In this document: positions 17,849 to 27,736 of the stretch, one piece after another
Layout: each line of letters starts with the position of its first letter
Numbering within the stretch: position 1 is the first letter of the stretch
UHGV virus genome: UHGV-0045963
DNA: 41,161 nt
Reading direction: 5' to 3' (one strand)
From: a virus
Program-made: the position numbers and the translations under genes
The notes under the pieces: generated by a model
Told to the model about the DNA's origin: nothing
The model's database searches: none
Seen by the model: the letters and a program-made list of their open reading frames with translations, nothing else

Positions 17849-18393
17849 TATAATCCTCCGGGTAATCTGGTTCCTGCTGCTGCCCCGATTGGCGCAGGGG
17901 TGCTTTGAGTAAACGGACTCCACGTCCCACCAAACATCTGGTACGCACCGTATGCCTTCAGAGGCGCAGTGAGCAATGTTGTTGCTGCTCCCACATTCCC
18001 CTGTTTACGGGCTGAACTGGCTTCTGCTTTATAGTTGGCAGCCTGAACCTGATAACCGTAAGCCTCGCGTTGCGCGTTATTCACCGTCGTCAGCGAATCA
18101 AGAGCGCCAAACTGAGCAGTGTCACCAAATATATCCAGCGCGTTACCTGTAGATAAATCGGCGCCGGTCGCCCCCATTGTCGCCGCCTGTGTACCAAGCC
18201 GCTGTCGGGTCTCTCTGCGCCGTTGCTCAGCTTCAGCGTTACCCCTGTTTATTGCATCATTTGCCTGAGCTGTGGCTATATCTGCGTTCGCTTCTGCAAC
18301 CTTCGAGGCATACCTTACCTGTTGGTACTGGGTGTATGCCTGAATGCCACTCATGGCGAGCATTGCGCCACCAGCAATAACCGGATCGCACAT
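17848..18393 (-). CDS. small virion internal protein (T7 gp14-like position)
   Basis: 181 aa, Ala/Gln-rich; 1-nt stop/start overlaps with both neighbours. Confidence 0.55.
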   Translation of the reverse strand: MCDPVIAGGAMLAMSGIQAYTQYQQVRYASKVAEANADIATAQANDAINRGNAEAEQRRRETRQRLGTQAATMGATGADLSTGNALDIFGDTAQFGALDSLTTVNNAQREAYGYQVQAANYKAEASSARKQGNVGAATTLLTAPLKAYGAYQMFGGTWSPFTQSTPAPIGAAAGTRLPGGL

Positions 18394-18857
18394 TATTTTC
18401 TCTCCATGTGAAATCTGTGGAAATTAAGACCAAGAGCACCATAAGGCGCGGCTTCTTCAAGCCTGAATCCAAGCCAGTGCAGCCATGCTTTGGCAACATG
18501 GTTTCGCTCGTCGACGTAGTTTTCCAGGCGCGGATAAACTGCCAGCATCTGCTGCAATACAGGGCGGCAGTGGCGAAGAAATGTCTTCTGATATTTTTCA
18601 ATACGGCTGGTTCCGACCAGCCAGGGCGTACCATTGCCACCGATCATTGACGCCGGAGATACGCCAAACATGGTTACCAGTTCTCCGTTCGCAAATCCTG
18701 ACCAAGCCATAGTCGCAGTACGCAGACCAACACGCAGCGCATCTTCGGTAGTCATCAGTGATACCGCATACAGTTCGTCAATATCAGCCTGACGAACATC
18801 CGGCAAAATCATCTGAAGATGCTCTTCGGTTGCGGGAATAATTTGAACATCGATCAT
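18393..18857 (-). CDS. virion-associated protein (T7 gp13-like position)
   Basis: 154 aa; translationally coupled between the tail tube B-like gene and the internal protein genes. Confidence 0.5.
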   Translation of the reverse strand: MIDVQIIPATEEHLQMILPDVRQADIDELYAVSLMTTEDALRVGLRTATMAWSGFANGELVTMFGVSPASMIGGNGTPWLVGTSRIEKYQKTFLRHCRPVLQQMLAVYPRLENYVDERNHVAKAWLHWLGFRLEEAAPYGALGLNFHRFHMERK

Positions 18858-21328
18858 CAGAATCCCCCAACAGTAAGACGAGGAATAACGGCAAGAACAG
18901 ACAGCGGCAACGGATCAAGCTGACGGATTTTTACACGTCCGTTTTTGCCCCAGTTACTGTCTAGTTTCACTTCTACTTTTCCGGTAGCATCATCAACAGG
19001 ATCATCGTAGAACTCGAATTCACGCTGTGGATATTCGTACCATTTACCGCCGGGCGTAGTCGCCCAGATGCCGCGACTGGCATTCACAACCAGAGTAACG
19101 GAGGGGATCACCTGTTTTTTGTCCAGCAGCGTTTCCTGTCCGTTAATGTTGATATCCAGTGTTTCGAATTCAGCAGTTATTGGCAGGCCGATGTGCACTA
19201 CAGCCCCCGGAGATTCCAGCGTGACGGCACCTCCGGAAACCACTTTCTGTGGTTCCACGTTCGCATCAGAGAGAATGTTTACGGTCTGGCCTTCAAGATG
19301 AGACAGGCCTCCAAATGTCCGGCGCGCCATCTGCCAGTTCGTGGTGGCCACATTCCTGAGGGATGGCGGGACGTTCCTGTTAGCACGAACCACTACAGCG
19401 GTATTGCTGGTTACAGAAATAATGTCGCAACGTAATTCTTTTGACACTTCATCGCCAGTATCAGGATCAGTTCCGGTATAAGGGAACTGTAGTTGCGCAC
19501 CGACATCACTACTGGTGAAGTACGCACCACCAGAAACACTGATTGTATATTCCGCGCGGTAATCCCATTCGCCAGAACCACCAGTGATTGTCATCGTTCT
19601 GTCAGACGTATTTCTTCCATCATAGCTAAGGCCAGAATCAACAAAGAAAGCGTCTTCATCGCTGGTAAATAAACGGCTGGACAGCCGCTCGATGTATCTC
19701 ACTGTTTGCCCGTTAACGGTTCGGTTAACGACGAAATACACCGCATCTTCATTGCCTTCGCTGATACTGCATGTGCTTTCATATTTTCCGGTACTGGATT
19801 GTGGTGCCCATGCAAAAACCTGCTGATCACGCAAATAGGTCATCACCAGTAATTTACCGTCATCACGAATGCAGAAGGCGCTGGAGTAAGGGACAATAGA
19901 GAAGCACCAGTCAACAATGCTGTGCTTCTGAAAAAGATGATTGGCAAGGATAGTAAGGTCGTTCCCCTGATAGCCGTCAACATCGAATGAATAGGCCAGA
20001 TCACGGACAACACTGCCTTTCTCCTGGACGAACAGAGCAATATTCGCCACGGCAATTGGTGGGACGTTGCTTGAGCCATTTGATCCCTGAGAGCTGAATG
20101 CAAATGATGATGGGGTTAACACTTTGTTCTGGTCGCCGGTGATGACGTACTCACCTCCGGAAGTCAGCGCCACCAGCGAACCAACATCAATCAGGTGGCG
20201 GATCTCATTAACCTGACGCCCGGCATAGGTGTAGATAATTCTGTCGTCATCCTGCGTAGGATTGCTTTTGCCAAAATCCTTATAATCCCCGGTACGGCTG
20301 GCCCAGATAGTCTGAGGGAACGCAGTCGATGCGGCGAAGTAAAGACGTTGTTGATAATAAACAACAGTGCCAGGATAACCATTAACACTGTTCCAGGCAT
20401 ATTTAGCCCATTTATAGCTGGCATTATCCTCGCCAACGACCTGCGAAGGAATATAGGAAATCACCTCGGCAGTTGCAGTAGTTCCATTTGCAGCAGTGAT
20501 ACGGGCAATGCCAAAACCACTGTGCAGATATTCCCACTCAATGCCAGTATCATCATCACCGGATCCACCCCAGCCATCCCATGATGTGCCTTCTGTATGC
20601 GAAGGGCGCAAAGTACCTGTTTTGCCTGCTGTAACGGCGCGATAGTAGTTACTGTCTGCACGGCGAATATCGCCAATCGACGTACTCTTACTGGTTTCCC
20701 ATACCGGCACTGAATCCACTGCAGGCTGTTCCAGATAGAACAATTTGCCTACCTGCTCCGCGCCAAAAATAGAGGCGCTTGCCGTTAACGTAATTGTCCC
20801 GGTGCTGGCGCTGGCATAAACCGTCACTGACTCGTCAATATTGATATCTTCAAATGGCCCGTTCTTCGTTACCACATCAACCAGTTGCCAGTTGTCATGA
20901 GCATAGCGACGCAACTCTTTCGGCGGGTATGCCGGATGAACAAGCGTAAGCACGTCGGCGCTTTGCGTGAATTTAATTCGGAACAGATCGGCTTCAGTAT
21001 ATGGCGTGGCAATTTCATAAATAACATTGCTGCTGTTCAGCACCAACGCACCATCTTTGATAACGCGCATGTACTGGTGTCCGAACTCCAGAGCATAGGT
21101 CTGAACCGTCGAGAACTGGAACGGGATCAGGCGGCATTTCCGATTTGGGTATTTGGCGGCACCGACAAAACGCGTACCTGGTCGATTCTCAACGCCGCCA
21201 TACTGCCGCACGATAAAGTTATCGCACTTGCGCAATGCCACCTGGTACTTCGCCATGTCAATACGCCCGTACAACGACGGTCCAATCTCACCACCGGCAA
21301 AGCTGGGCTGGATCCAACTGATAGCCAT
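18857..21328 (-). CDS. tail tubular protein B-like (nozzle)
   Basis: 823 aa, immediately downstream of and coupled to the tube A-like gene; size and position as in T7-like tails. Confidence 0.55.
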   Translation of the reverse strand: MAISWIQPSFAGGEIGPSLYGRIDMAKYQVALRKCDNFIVRQYGGVENRPGTRFVGAAKYPNRKCRLIPFQFSTVQTYALEFGHQYMRVIKDGALVLNSSNVIYEIATPYTEADLFRIKFTQSADVLTLVHPAYPPKELRRYAHDNWQLVDVVTKNGPFEDINIDESVTVYASASTGTITLTASASIFGAEQVGKLFYLEQPAVDSVPVWETSKSTSIGDIRRADSNYYRAVTAGKTGTLRPSHTEGTSWDGWGGSGDDDTGIEWEYLHSGFGIARITAANGTTATAEVISYIPSQVVGEDNASYKWAKYAWNSVNGYPGTVVYYQQRLYFAASTAFPQTIWASRTGDYKDFGKSNPTQDDDRIIYTYAGRQVNEIRHLIDVGSLVALTSGGEYVITGDQNKVLTPSSFAFSSQGSNGSSNVPPIAVANIALFVQEKGSVVRDLAYSFDVDGYQGNDLTILANHLFQKHSIVDWCFSIVPYSSAFCIRDDGKLLVMTYLRDQQVFAWAPQSSTGKYESTCSISEGNEDAVYFVVNRTVNGQTVRYIERLSSRLFTSDEDAFFVDSGLSYDGRNTSDRTMTITGGSGEWDYRAEYTISVSGGAYFTSSDVGAQLQFPYTGTDPDTGDEVSKELRCDIISVTSNTAVVVRANRNVPPSLRNVATTNWQMARRTFGGLSHLEGQTVNILSDANVEPQKVVSGGAVTLESPGAVVHIGLPITAEFETLDININGQETLLDKKQVIPSVTLVVNASRGIWATTPGGKWYEYPQREFEFYDDPVDDATGKVEVKLDSNWGKNGRVKIRQLDPLPLSVLAVIPRLTVGGF

Positions 21329-21933
21329 CAGGACAACCTCGCAATGGTAAACTCGTCAACCGGTGGCTGTGGTTCCTGTGATTCATTCTGGCTATGCGAG
21401 CCAGCACTAAGAATCACGCGATTGTACATATTGAGAGCAAATGTACCGAGATCCGCATTCCCAGTCAGCGCCATGTTAATGGCTGCCGCAAGACGCCAGG
21501 CCAGCGCCTCCATAAAAATGGCATCAAACATGTTTACATCTGAAACGCGAGAGACATACTTGAGCCATGCCTGCGGCTGGTCTGTGTAGATCAATTTTCC
21601 TGTTCCGTTGGTGTCTGCACCAACTTCGTACTGAACGCGCATTGCTGCTGTTGGATTGCGTACACCAGGAAGCATAATTTCAGTAATGCGCAGACAATCG
21701 GACGGGTACTGATACGCATATTCCCAGTCAGGCGGTGGATTGCTCGTATCTGCAAGCGCCACGCGTTTGGTAGCAAAGTTCCAGTCAAAATCAGAAAGCA
21801 CAGCATCACGGCAGGCCTCAAAGTGCAGCGAACATTCCCCCGCTTCCTTGCTGGCTTCCGTCAGGCTGTTAATGCTGCGGCTGTTGCCAATATTGGACAG
21901 CGCACGATTACAGATCTCTACTACAGAGGCCAT
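21328..21933 (-). CDS. tail tubular protein A-like (gatekeeper)
   Basis: About 200 aa; N-terminal EICNRALSNIGNS...INSLTEAS pattern resembling tube A proteins; RBS GGAGGTG. Confidence 0.55.
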   Translation of the reverse strand: MASVVEICNRALSNIGNSRSINSLTEASKEAGECSLHFEACRDAVLSDFDWNFATKRVALADTSNPPPDWEYAYQYPSDCLRITEIMLPGVRNPTAAMRVQYEVGADTNGTGKLIYTDQPQAWLKYVSRVSDVNMFDAIFMEALAWRLAAAINMALTGNADLGTFALNMYNRVILSAGSHSQNESQEPQPPVDEFTIARLS

Positions 21934-22256
21934 CACTCACCTCCGTTACCGTACAGAGTTTCAGCCGCTGATTTTTCTACATCCCCGGAAACAGGAGCGA
22001 TTGCCATATCAGTGATCTGCAGATCGGCGCTGCGATTAACACCATCGTCAGTTTCTCTGGCAGACAGGCCTCGAATAACAGCCTTTGCAGTTATCATCAC
22101 TTCTGTTCCGACGCCCTGAGGTTGCGCCTTCAGCTTATTCAATGTGTCGTTATTAAGAGTGATGCACAGCCCCCACGGGTATTCATCGCGAGTTCTGGTT
22201 TCTCCGCTCTCATCCTGGTAGCTGTCAGTGCCGGTTTTGAGGTTTACGAGTTCCAT
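21933..22256 (-). CDS. small head-tail joining or structural protein
   Basis: 107 aa from ATG with RBS AGGAG; the track start is GTG. Confidence 0.45.
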   Translation of the reverse strand: MELVNLKTGTDSYQDESGETRTRDEYPWGLCITLNNDTLNKLKAQPQGVGTEVMITAKAVIRGLSARETDDGVNRSADLQITDMAIAPVSGDVEKSAAETLYGNGGE

Positions 22257-22306
22257 ATACACTCCTGCAATAAAGGGGCCGAAGCCCCTTGTCGGATTCG
22301 CGAGGC

Positions 22307-22642
22307 TTACACGCCCAGTTCTTTACGCTTATCTGCGATCTTCTCGCGGAGCGTTTCGGCTTTAGCGTTATGGTGTGGCTTCTCGTTAAAGAGCAATTCG
22401 TACTCTTCACGGAGCTTATCCAGTTCACCATCATCTGACACATCATTGATGATTTTGGTGCTGGTTGCTGCCATTGACACCTTTCCTGCAACTTTTGCTT
22501 TTGCCTGTCTGGCTGCATCGTTAACAGGTTCCAGTGCGCTACCAGGCTCACCTTCGTATTCGATTTCTGCCCCCTCCGGCCACAGAGTGTTATGGATATG
22601 AGAGAGGCGCAGAACGAGGTATCTTGGTTTCTCACCTGACAT
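22307..22642 (-). CDS. small structural-module protein, unknown function
   Basis: 111 aa from ATG with RBS AAGGTG; a hairpin (GGGGC CGAA GCCCC) follows its stop. Confidence 0.45.
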   Translation of the reverse strand: MSGEKPRYLVLRLSHIHNTLWPEGAEIEYEGEPGSALEPVNDAARQAKAKVAGKVSMAATSTKIINDVSDDGELDKLREEYELLFNEKPHHNAKAETLREKIADKRKELGV

Positions 22643-22652
22643 CGATATCACC

Positions 22653-23090
22653 TTAACCAGTTACTTTTGAGCGGATCGGATACGGCGTATTGGCATCAAC
22701 ATCAAGACTGATACCAGCAGTGAATTCGCCAGCCGTTAGTGGGCCAGTTGCGACGGAGTAGTTAACACGCAGATATCGCTGAACACCGGCAGGCACCTTT
22801 GCAGAAACAACTCGTTTACCTGCTGTCAGGGCGGTCTTTGCCAGTGCGCCACTATCATAAATAGTGGTCCATGAGCTGTTATTTTCACTCGTCTGCAACT
22901 GGATGTTTACAGTTGCATCACCACTTGCCGTGGCGGCTGTGTTAACCAGCGCCCAAAACTCAAGCGGGTAACCAACGCCGATATCACGACGTTTTCCGTC
23001 AATTGGACCGAGATCGATTACGTCAGTAGAAGCCGCGGTATCAGTTACCGCCTGTGCTTCGGAGAACATCAACAGTTTGTCGGTGATCAT
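22653..23090 (-). CDS. putative capsid decoration or minor capsid protein
   Basis: 145 aa, Thr/Ala/Ser-rich; RBS GGAGAAAG; directly downstream of the capsid gene after a stem-loop. Confidence 0.5.
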   Translation of the reverse strand: MITDKLLMFSEAQAVTDTAASTDVIDLGPIDGKRRDIGVGYPLEFWALVNTAATASGDATVNIQLQTSENNSSWTTIYDSGALAKTALTAGKRVVSAKVPAGVQRYLRVNYSVATGPLTAGEFTAGISLDVDANTPYPIRSKVTG

Positions 23091-23141
23091 CTTCTTTCTC
23101 CATTAGTGGGTCTGTTACGACCCACAGGTTAATAACAGGCG

Positions 23142-24128
23142 TTACACCACGCGGGCTTCTGTTTCCAGAAGCGCATCAGTTTCACGGATTGGTACACCAC
23201 GGAATGAAGTCCACCACTCGCCTTCTGTCTCTTTTACGCTGATAGCCAGAGATGTTTTCTCCAGAGACTGCAGATCAAGAGCCTGGCCTACAGTGCGGTT
23301 CATGTAGAACACCGGGCGGCCCATGCCACGGTTTGGAATGCGATGTAGTGCTTTAACCATCAACTTCGCAATATTTGCGGCAGAGGATGGTTCTGAAAGA
23401 TTGCTGACATCGATGTTTGCAATGCGAACAACATAACGCCAGTCACGCAGAGCAAGTCCGTTGTCCCATTTGTAATGGGTACGGTAGCCTTCGTACTTGC
23501 CGCCATTAGCATCTTCCAGTGTCACCTGGCCTTTATCTTCCATCTGGATGCCAGCCTTCTGCCCTTTCGGGAAGATGCCATGCACGGTGTTTTCGCCCCA
23601 CACCACTAACCAGATTGAGGTGTTATCTGTACCCGTGCCACCAGCATCAATGATGTTCTGAGCATTACCCGCAGACAGGCTGGAATAGCGGGAGGACAGT
23701 CCCATAAACTGCTGAGGGTTAACGCTGGAATCACCATAAAACAGCGTCTGCGCCATCTGCTGATTCATCGCTTCAATAAATGCGCGGTCTTCAGACAGGC
23801 GGAATTCGGCGGTATTGCCGTTCAGATCAGCCAGTGACTTATCGACTTCCGCATAGGTTTCCAGCATGCCAACGGAATCGGTTACCTGCACTGTGGTTGA
23901 TTTGCTTGGCTGTACGCCATAGTTCAGCAAACGCCAGGTAGCTGAAGGTAAACCAGAACGAATGGTGGTTCGGTGTCCGGTAGGAAGGTTCCCTTCGACA
24001 AAAGGCATATCCTGAAGGATCGGGTTAGTTTGACCGAGAAGCTCGATAATCTTATCGACTTTCCCGTTTGGATCGACGCGCTTACCCCAGTCAGCCAGCG
24101 TCAGCGCAGTTAAGCCTTTAACAGCCAT
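23142..24128 (-). CDS. major capsid protein
   Basis: About 330 aa directly after the scaffold gene; followed by stem-loop GTGGGTC..GACCCAC; RBS AGAGAGGAA. Confidence 0.75.
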   Translation of the reverse strand: MAVKGLTALTLADWGKRVDPNGKVDKIIELLGQTNPILQDMPFVEGNLPTGHRTTIRSGLPSATWRLLNYGVQPSKSTTVQVTDSVGMLETYAEVDKSLADLNGNTAEFRLSEDRAFIEAMNQQMAQTLFYGDSSVNPQQFMGLSSRYSSLSAGNAQNIIDAGGTGTDNTSIWLVVWGENTVHGIFPKGQKAGIQMEDKGQVTLEDANGGKYEGYRTHYKWDNGLALRDWRYVVRIANIDVSNLSEPSSAANIAKLMVKALHRIPNRGMGRPVFYMNRTVGQALDLQSLEKTSLAISVKETEGEWWTSFRGVPIRETDALLETEARVV

Positions 24129-24142
24129 TGTCATTTCCTCTC

Positions 24143-24838
24143 TTATTTGCCATAGAGCACTTCGGCCGCACTACGCTGGCCTTCATTACCACCGGTGACC
24201 ATGCCATCTTCAGACATCGCCTTTCCGATTTTCACGAACGTTTTGACCAGATCAGGGTGATTACCCAGCCCGGTGGTGTTCAGATATTCTTTGAGTTCAG
24301 GTGTCCCGAACTGGTCAAGCGCACGCTGTGCGGCGCTAAGGTTAGAAATCAACTTGTCGCCACCGATTTCTTTGTCGGCTTTTACATCCGCAGCCCACTG
24401 CTCGGTTGTTTTCTGCCAGGCTTCTGCCTGGCGCTGCTGAACACCTGCCAGAATCTTCGGATAAGCATCAACCAGCTTTTGCGCTTGCTCGTTGGTCAGG
24501 TTTAGTTCTCGCGCCACCGGCTCGAATTCCTTCAACGCTTCTGTATCCAGCTCTACGCCTTCGGCAGCCTGAAACTCGTACTTTTCAGGCGCACCCTCTG
24601 GTTTATCGCCGTCCTTTTTTTCATCCTGCTTATCGTTTTCAGGCTTTTTGTCATCAGCAGGTTTATCGCCATCAGCAACAGGTTGTGGCTTATCACCTTC
24701 CTGTTGTGATGGATCACCAACTGGAGCAGGGTTATCACCTGCAGGCGCTGACGGTTCTGACGCAGCCGGAGCTGCTCCACCATCGACTGGTTGCTCATTG
24801 CAAATACGGCGATACAGCAAACGCTCAAATAAATTCAT
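24143..24838 (-). CDS. scaffolding protein
   Basis: Acidic, Pro/Asp/Lys-rich N-terminal half and helical C-terminal half; strong RBS AGGAG; between portal and capsid. Confidence 0.7.
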   Translation of the reverse strand: MNLFERLLYRRICNEQPVDGGAAPAASEPSAPAGDNPAPVGDPSQQEGDKPQPVADGDKPADDKKPENDKQDEKKDGDKPEGAPEKYEFQAAEGVELDTEALKEFEPVARELNLTNEQAQKLVDAYPKILAGVQQRQAEAWQKTTEQWAADVKADKEIGGDKLISNLSAAQRALDQFGTPELKEYLNTTGLGNHPDLVKTFVKIGKAMSEDGMVTGGNEGQRSAAEVLYGK

Positions 24839-24840
24839 GA

Positions 24841-25137
24841 TCACTCCTGTTCACTGGCCTCTTTGGCCATCTTCAAATACTGTTCAGGGCAATGCGCCAT
24901 AACGCGCTGAAACAGTTCCAGCGCCAGATTGCGTTGCCCCTCATTAAATGCCATTGCCATAGCGTCCATCGGTGAGATAGCGGAAAACACACGGCCTTTC
25001 TCCAGCACCGACCAGACAACGCGACGCCCCTGTTCACTGCTCATGACAAAGCGAATGTCATCAATTTCACGCTGCGCCATGTCACGTTGCTTACGGGCGT
25101 TTTCTTCTTTCAGTTGATCGTCTTCGTAATCTGTCAT
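24841..25137 (-). CDS. small acidic protein between portal and scaffold
   Basis: 98 aa; ATGA overlap with the portal stop. Confidence 0.5.
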   Translation of the reverse strand: MTDYEDDQLKEENARKQRDMAQREIDDIRFVMSSEQGRRVVWSVLEKGRVFSAISPMDAMAMAFNEGQRNLALELFQRVMAHCPEQYLKMAKEASEQE

Positions 25138-26813
25138 TGTGATTGCCCACCCTGACCACTAACTGCATTCGCCATAGCTGACAAAACACTCGGATCCGAA
25201 GTTTTAGCTTCACTTAGCGTCTTGGCACCCTGTGCCGCCGCCATCCCCATCGCCATCATTTGTTGCTGCTGTTGTTGCTGTGCCCGTTGCTGGCGAGCCT
25301 GCTCAACCTGTTCCTGCGGAACAATGACGGTTGGAGACACTCCGGACATATCAGCGAATGCATCGATCGCCTGATCAACGTTGAGTTTGTCGAGAGCTTC
25401 TGGTTTCGCTTGCGCAAGTTGACCAATGAAGTTAACCGTGGACGCCAGACTGGACAGGCCGATAGACTTCTGCGCCTGAGCCATGACGGAAATGTATTCG
25501 ACCTTCAGGGGCATGCCTTCCATCGCGTCAGGCGGTGGCGGCAGCATGTTTTTACGCACCATCATCGAGAAAGAGCGATCAATGAGAGGATTAAGACATT
25601 CGTCGTTCAGGCGCTCCAGAACCGGCCCCAACATCAGAAGTTTTTCTTCTTTCATTTCGATCACCGCTTCCACAGGCATCGAGCGGGTATTGATGTTCTG
25701 CAACATCATGAACAGATCGACAAAGTAGGCGCTGTTAATGATTTGACGAGTGTCCTGAATGTCTGCCACCAAATCTGCTGTACTGGGGTTAACCAGATAA
25801 GCAGGCCTGAAACCATCCTGACCAGTAATCTGATCGATATACGTGATGTCGCCAGGAAGAAGGGAGGCGCGCTGATTCTTGAGGGAAGTCGGAGCAACCA
25901 TCGGCGGATTGGTGGCTTTATCAATCAACTGCGACTTGCGCTTCTGGAGAAGCTGCAATGCCTTAACAGGTCCAAGCGCCAGCATACCCGGGCATGATGA
26001 TCCATAAACATCTTCGCCGTTAACTTCCCAGCGCGGAGCCATAATTGGAAACTCATCGAATCCGGACTCACGCAACAACTTGTCGTTATCGCCACCAACC
26101 TCGTAATAAACCGATTTGAATGGCTTGTTCTTGCTATCCAGCTTCGATGTATCGCGGTCAATGTTCGGGTAAACCGAATGCATCACTTCAATCCACTTCT
26201 CGTAGGTGCCGCTTTCCCACATGCTTTTTACGGATTCGCTGACGTTATTTAGCCCGAACTCCTGAACAAGCTGACGAACAGTCATAGAGAACTTGCGAAA
26301 ACAGGTGTCCACACTGCCACGAGGTGAGTTAGCCAGGTAGTAACTGCCTATCGGGAATGGCATTGTGCGAATGATGTCCTCGTCATCCTCCAGCACCGCC
26401 ATTGCACCAGTGCTGTATGTGCCGAGGCTTCCGTATAACTGCGGAAGAGACTGGTAGAGATTCGACTTATTGAACATATCGTTCATGCGGTTCTGCACCG
26501 CCTCGAGCCACAACTTAACAGGACCATAATCCATCATTTCAGGATCTGGCGTAGCCAGGCGAAACCACGGACGCGCAGGGCTTGTGATGCCTGACATCAT
26601 GCCGCTGGCGAGAGTGCGCGCCGCCATAGTCCCGGTCGAATCAATAATGCGTGTATTGCGTCGATCGTTACGGTTGACTTCAGAAGTCAGAAAGCGGGAA
26701 CCACGCGGGTTGATGTAATCACTCAACTCGCGCCAGTGCGGCTCGAACGACTGACGCTCGCTTTCAAGTTGTGCGAACTGTTTGTTCAATCGCTCTTTAG
26801 TTGTTTCCGCCAT
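25134..26813 (-). CDS. portal protein
   Basis: 559 aa, Gln-rich C-terminal tail; RBS GGAG; position between terminase and scaffold. Confidence 0.8.
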   Translation of the reverse strand: MAETTKERLNKQFAQLESERQSFEPHWRELSDYINPRGSRFLTSEVNRNDRRNTRIIDSTGTMAARTLASGMMSGITSPARPWFRLATPDPEMMDYGPVKLWLEAVQNRMNDMFNKSNLYQSLPQLYGSLGTYSTGAMAVLEDDEDIIRTMPFPIGSYYLANSPRGSVDTCFRKFSMTVRQLVQEFGLNNVSESVKSMWESGTYEKWIEVMHSVYPNIDRDTSKLDSKNKPFKSVYYEVGGDNDKLLRESGFDEFPIMAPRWEVNGEDVYGSSCPGMLALGPVKALQLLQKRKSQLIDKATNPPMVAPTSLKNQRASLLPGDITYIDQITGQDGFRPAYLVNPSTADLVADIQDTRQIINSAYFVDLFMMLQNINTRSMPVEAVIEMKEEKLLMLGPVLERLNDECLNPLIDRSFSMMVRKNMLPPPPDAMEGMPLKVEYISVMAQAQKSIGLSSLASTVNFIGQLAQAKPEALDKLNVDQAIDAFADMSGVSPTVIVPQEQVEQARQQRAQQQQQQQMMAMGMAAAQGAKTLSEAKTSDPSVLSAMANAVSGQGGQSQ

Positions 26814-26827
26814 TTCAATGACTCCGG

Positions 26828-27034
26828 TTACTGACCAAGCAGCGTTTTACCGCTGGTATTAGCGGTTGATGTGTCGCCCTGAGAACCGGTAAGCAGCGTA
26901 GAACTACGACCAGCAGCAGCGCGACGGCGACGTGTTTCTTCGTCGCGGGCATCAACAACGGCGGCATCCTGCTCCTGTGGTGCTGCCTGAACTTCTGGTG
27001 TTGCAGGCACTGATGGTGAGCTACCCATGCACAT
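26828..27034 (-). CDS. small protein upstream of portal
   Basis: 68 aa, Ala/Thr/Arg-rich; RBS GGAG 9 nt upstream. Confidence 0.4.
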   Translation of the reverse strand: MCMGSSPSVPATPEVQAAPQEQDAAVVDARDEETRRRRAAAGRSSTLLTGSQGDTSTANTSGKTLLGQ

Positions 27035-27123
27035 ATCAATGACTCCGTACGCAATTAAATTATTACCAATTTAACCACATATGATTTATTTATCGTAGAA
27101 GGTTGACATTTAACGCGTTAATT

Positions 27124-27140
27124 ATTACCTTTCAGGTAAC
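27124..27140. promoter_or_regulatory. operator-like palindrome ATTACCTTTCAGGTAAC
   Basis: Same family; preceded by TTGACA (27103..27108); in the intergenic region between the portal operon and the plus-strand tRNA unit. Confidence 0.55.
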
Positions 27141-27461
27141 CAAAGGGCTCATTCTGGTTACTAACCTGACTGGCTTGTCGTTAAATTAAACAGGTGGAGT
27201 GAGCTTTTATTTTGAGCAGTACGGCGTATGGCACATGCGCCGATAGCGGTCTGGATACGTTTAAGGGGCACCCTCCCTTGCTCGGGCAAACGAACCAGGT
27301 AGCCGGAATGTGCAAGTCGAGCGGTTTTATTCCGCGCACGGGGATTCACCATCCCGGCGATTCGGTGTGACGCCTCGGAAGAGACGAGGGTACAACGATG
27401 AGAGCATTTATGGAGCCGCGACAAAGTGTGGCGCCTTAACAGGCTAAGTGCTCTCAGCGTT

Positions 27462-27538
27462 GTGGCATTAGCTCAGTTGGACAGAGCAACCGCCTTCTAA
27501 GCGGTTGGTCGCAGGTTCGAATCCTGCATGCCACGCCA
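27462..27538 (+). tRNA. tRNA-Arg (anticodon UCU, decodes AGA)
   Basis: Hand-folded cloverleaf: 7-bp acceptor stem GTGGCAT/ATGCCAC, D-stem GCTC/GAGC, anticodon stem ACCGC/GCGGT with loop CTTCTAA, T-arm GCAGG-TTCGAAT-CCTGC, discriminator G and encoded CCA. Confidence 0.9.
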
Positions 27539-27581
27539 GAATCACGCCTAAGGACCGTGATGCCAGAAGTTCCAGGTGCTT

Positions 27582-27623
27582 GGCGGGGATAGTTTCCCTT
27601 GAAGGACTATCACCGCCCTTTTT
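27582..27623 (+). terminator. intrinsic terminator downstream of the tRNA
   Basis: 12-bp stem GGCGGGGATAGT / ACTATCACCGCC (one mismatch) followed by CTTTTT. Confidence 0.65.
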
Positions 27624-27701
27624 ACAGCAGGACGCCATTGCGATGACTTCATGCTGTAAACCCGTACAGCCACGGAAGGCATAACTCATTGCTTCCAGTT
27701 C

Positions 27702-27725
27702 GCCCGGTTCGCCGGGCATTTTTTT
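27702..27725 (+). terminator. terminator or attenuator hairpin immediately upstream of the 27737 RBS
   Basis: Stem GCCCGG / CCGGGC with loop TTCG followed by T7, then RBS AAGGTG and ATG. Confidence 0.55.
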
Positions 27726-27736
27726 AAGGTGAGATT

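Noticed and set aside
11056-26813. Classification as a P22-like prophage
   Set aside because: The capsid (about 330 aa) and portal (559 aa) are far smaller than the P22 coat and portal, tube A/B-like genes are present, and lysis genes follow the tailspike rather than preceding terminase.
27161-27424. 87-aa minus-strand ORF upstream of the tRNA
   Set aside because: Arg/His-rich low-complexity translation with no RBS and on the wrong strand for the local transcription unit; the region is more likely non-coding.
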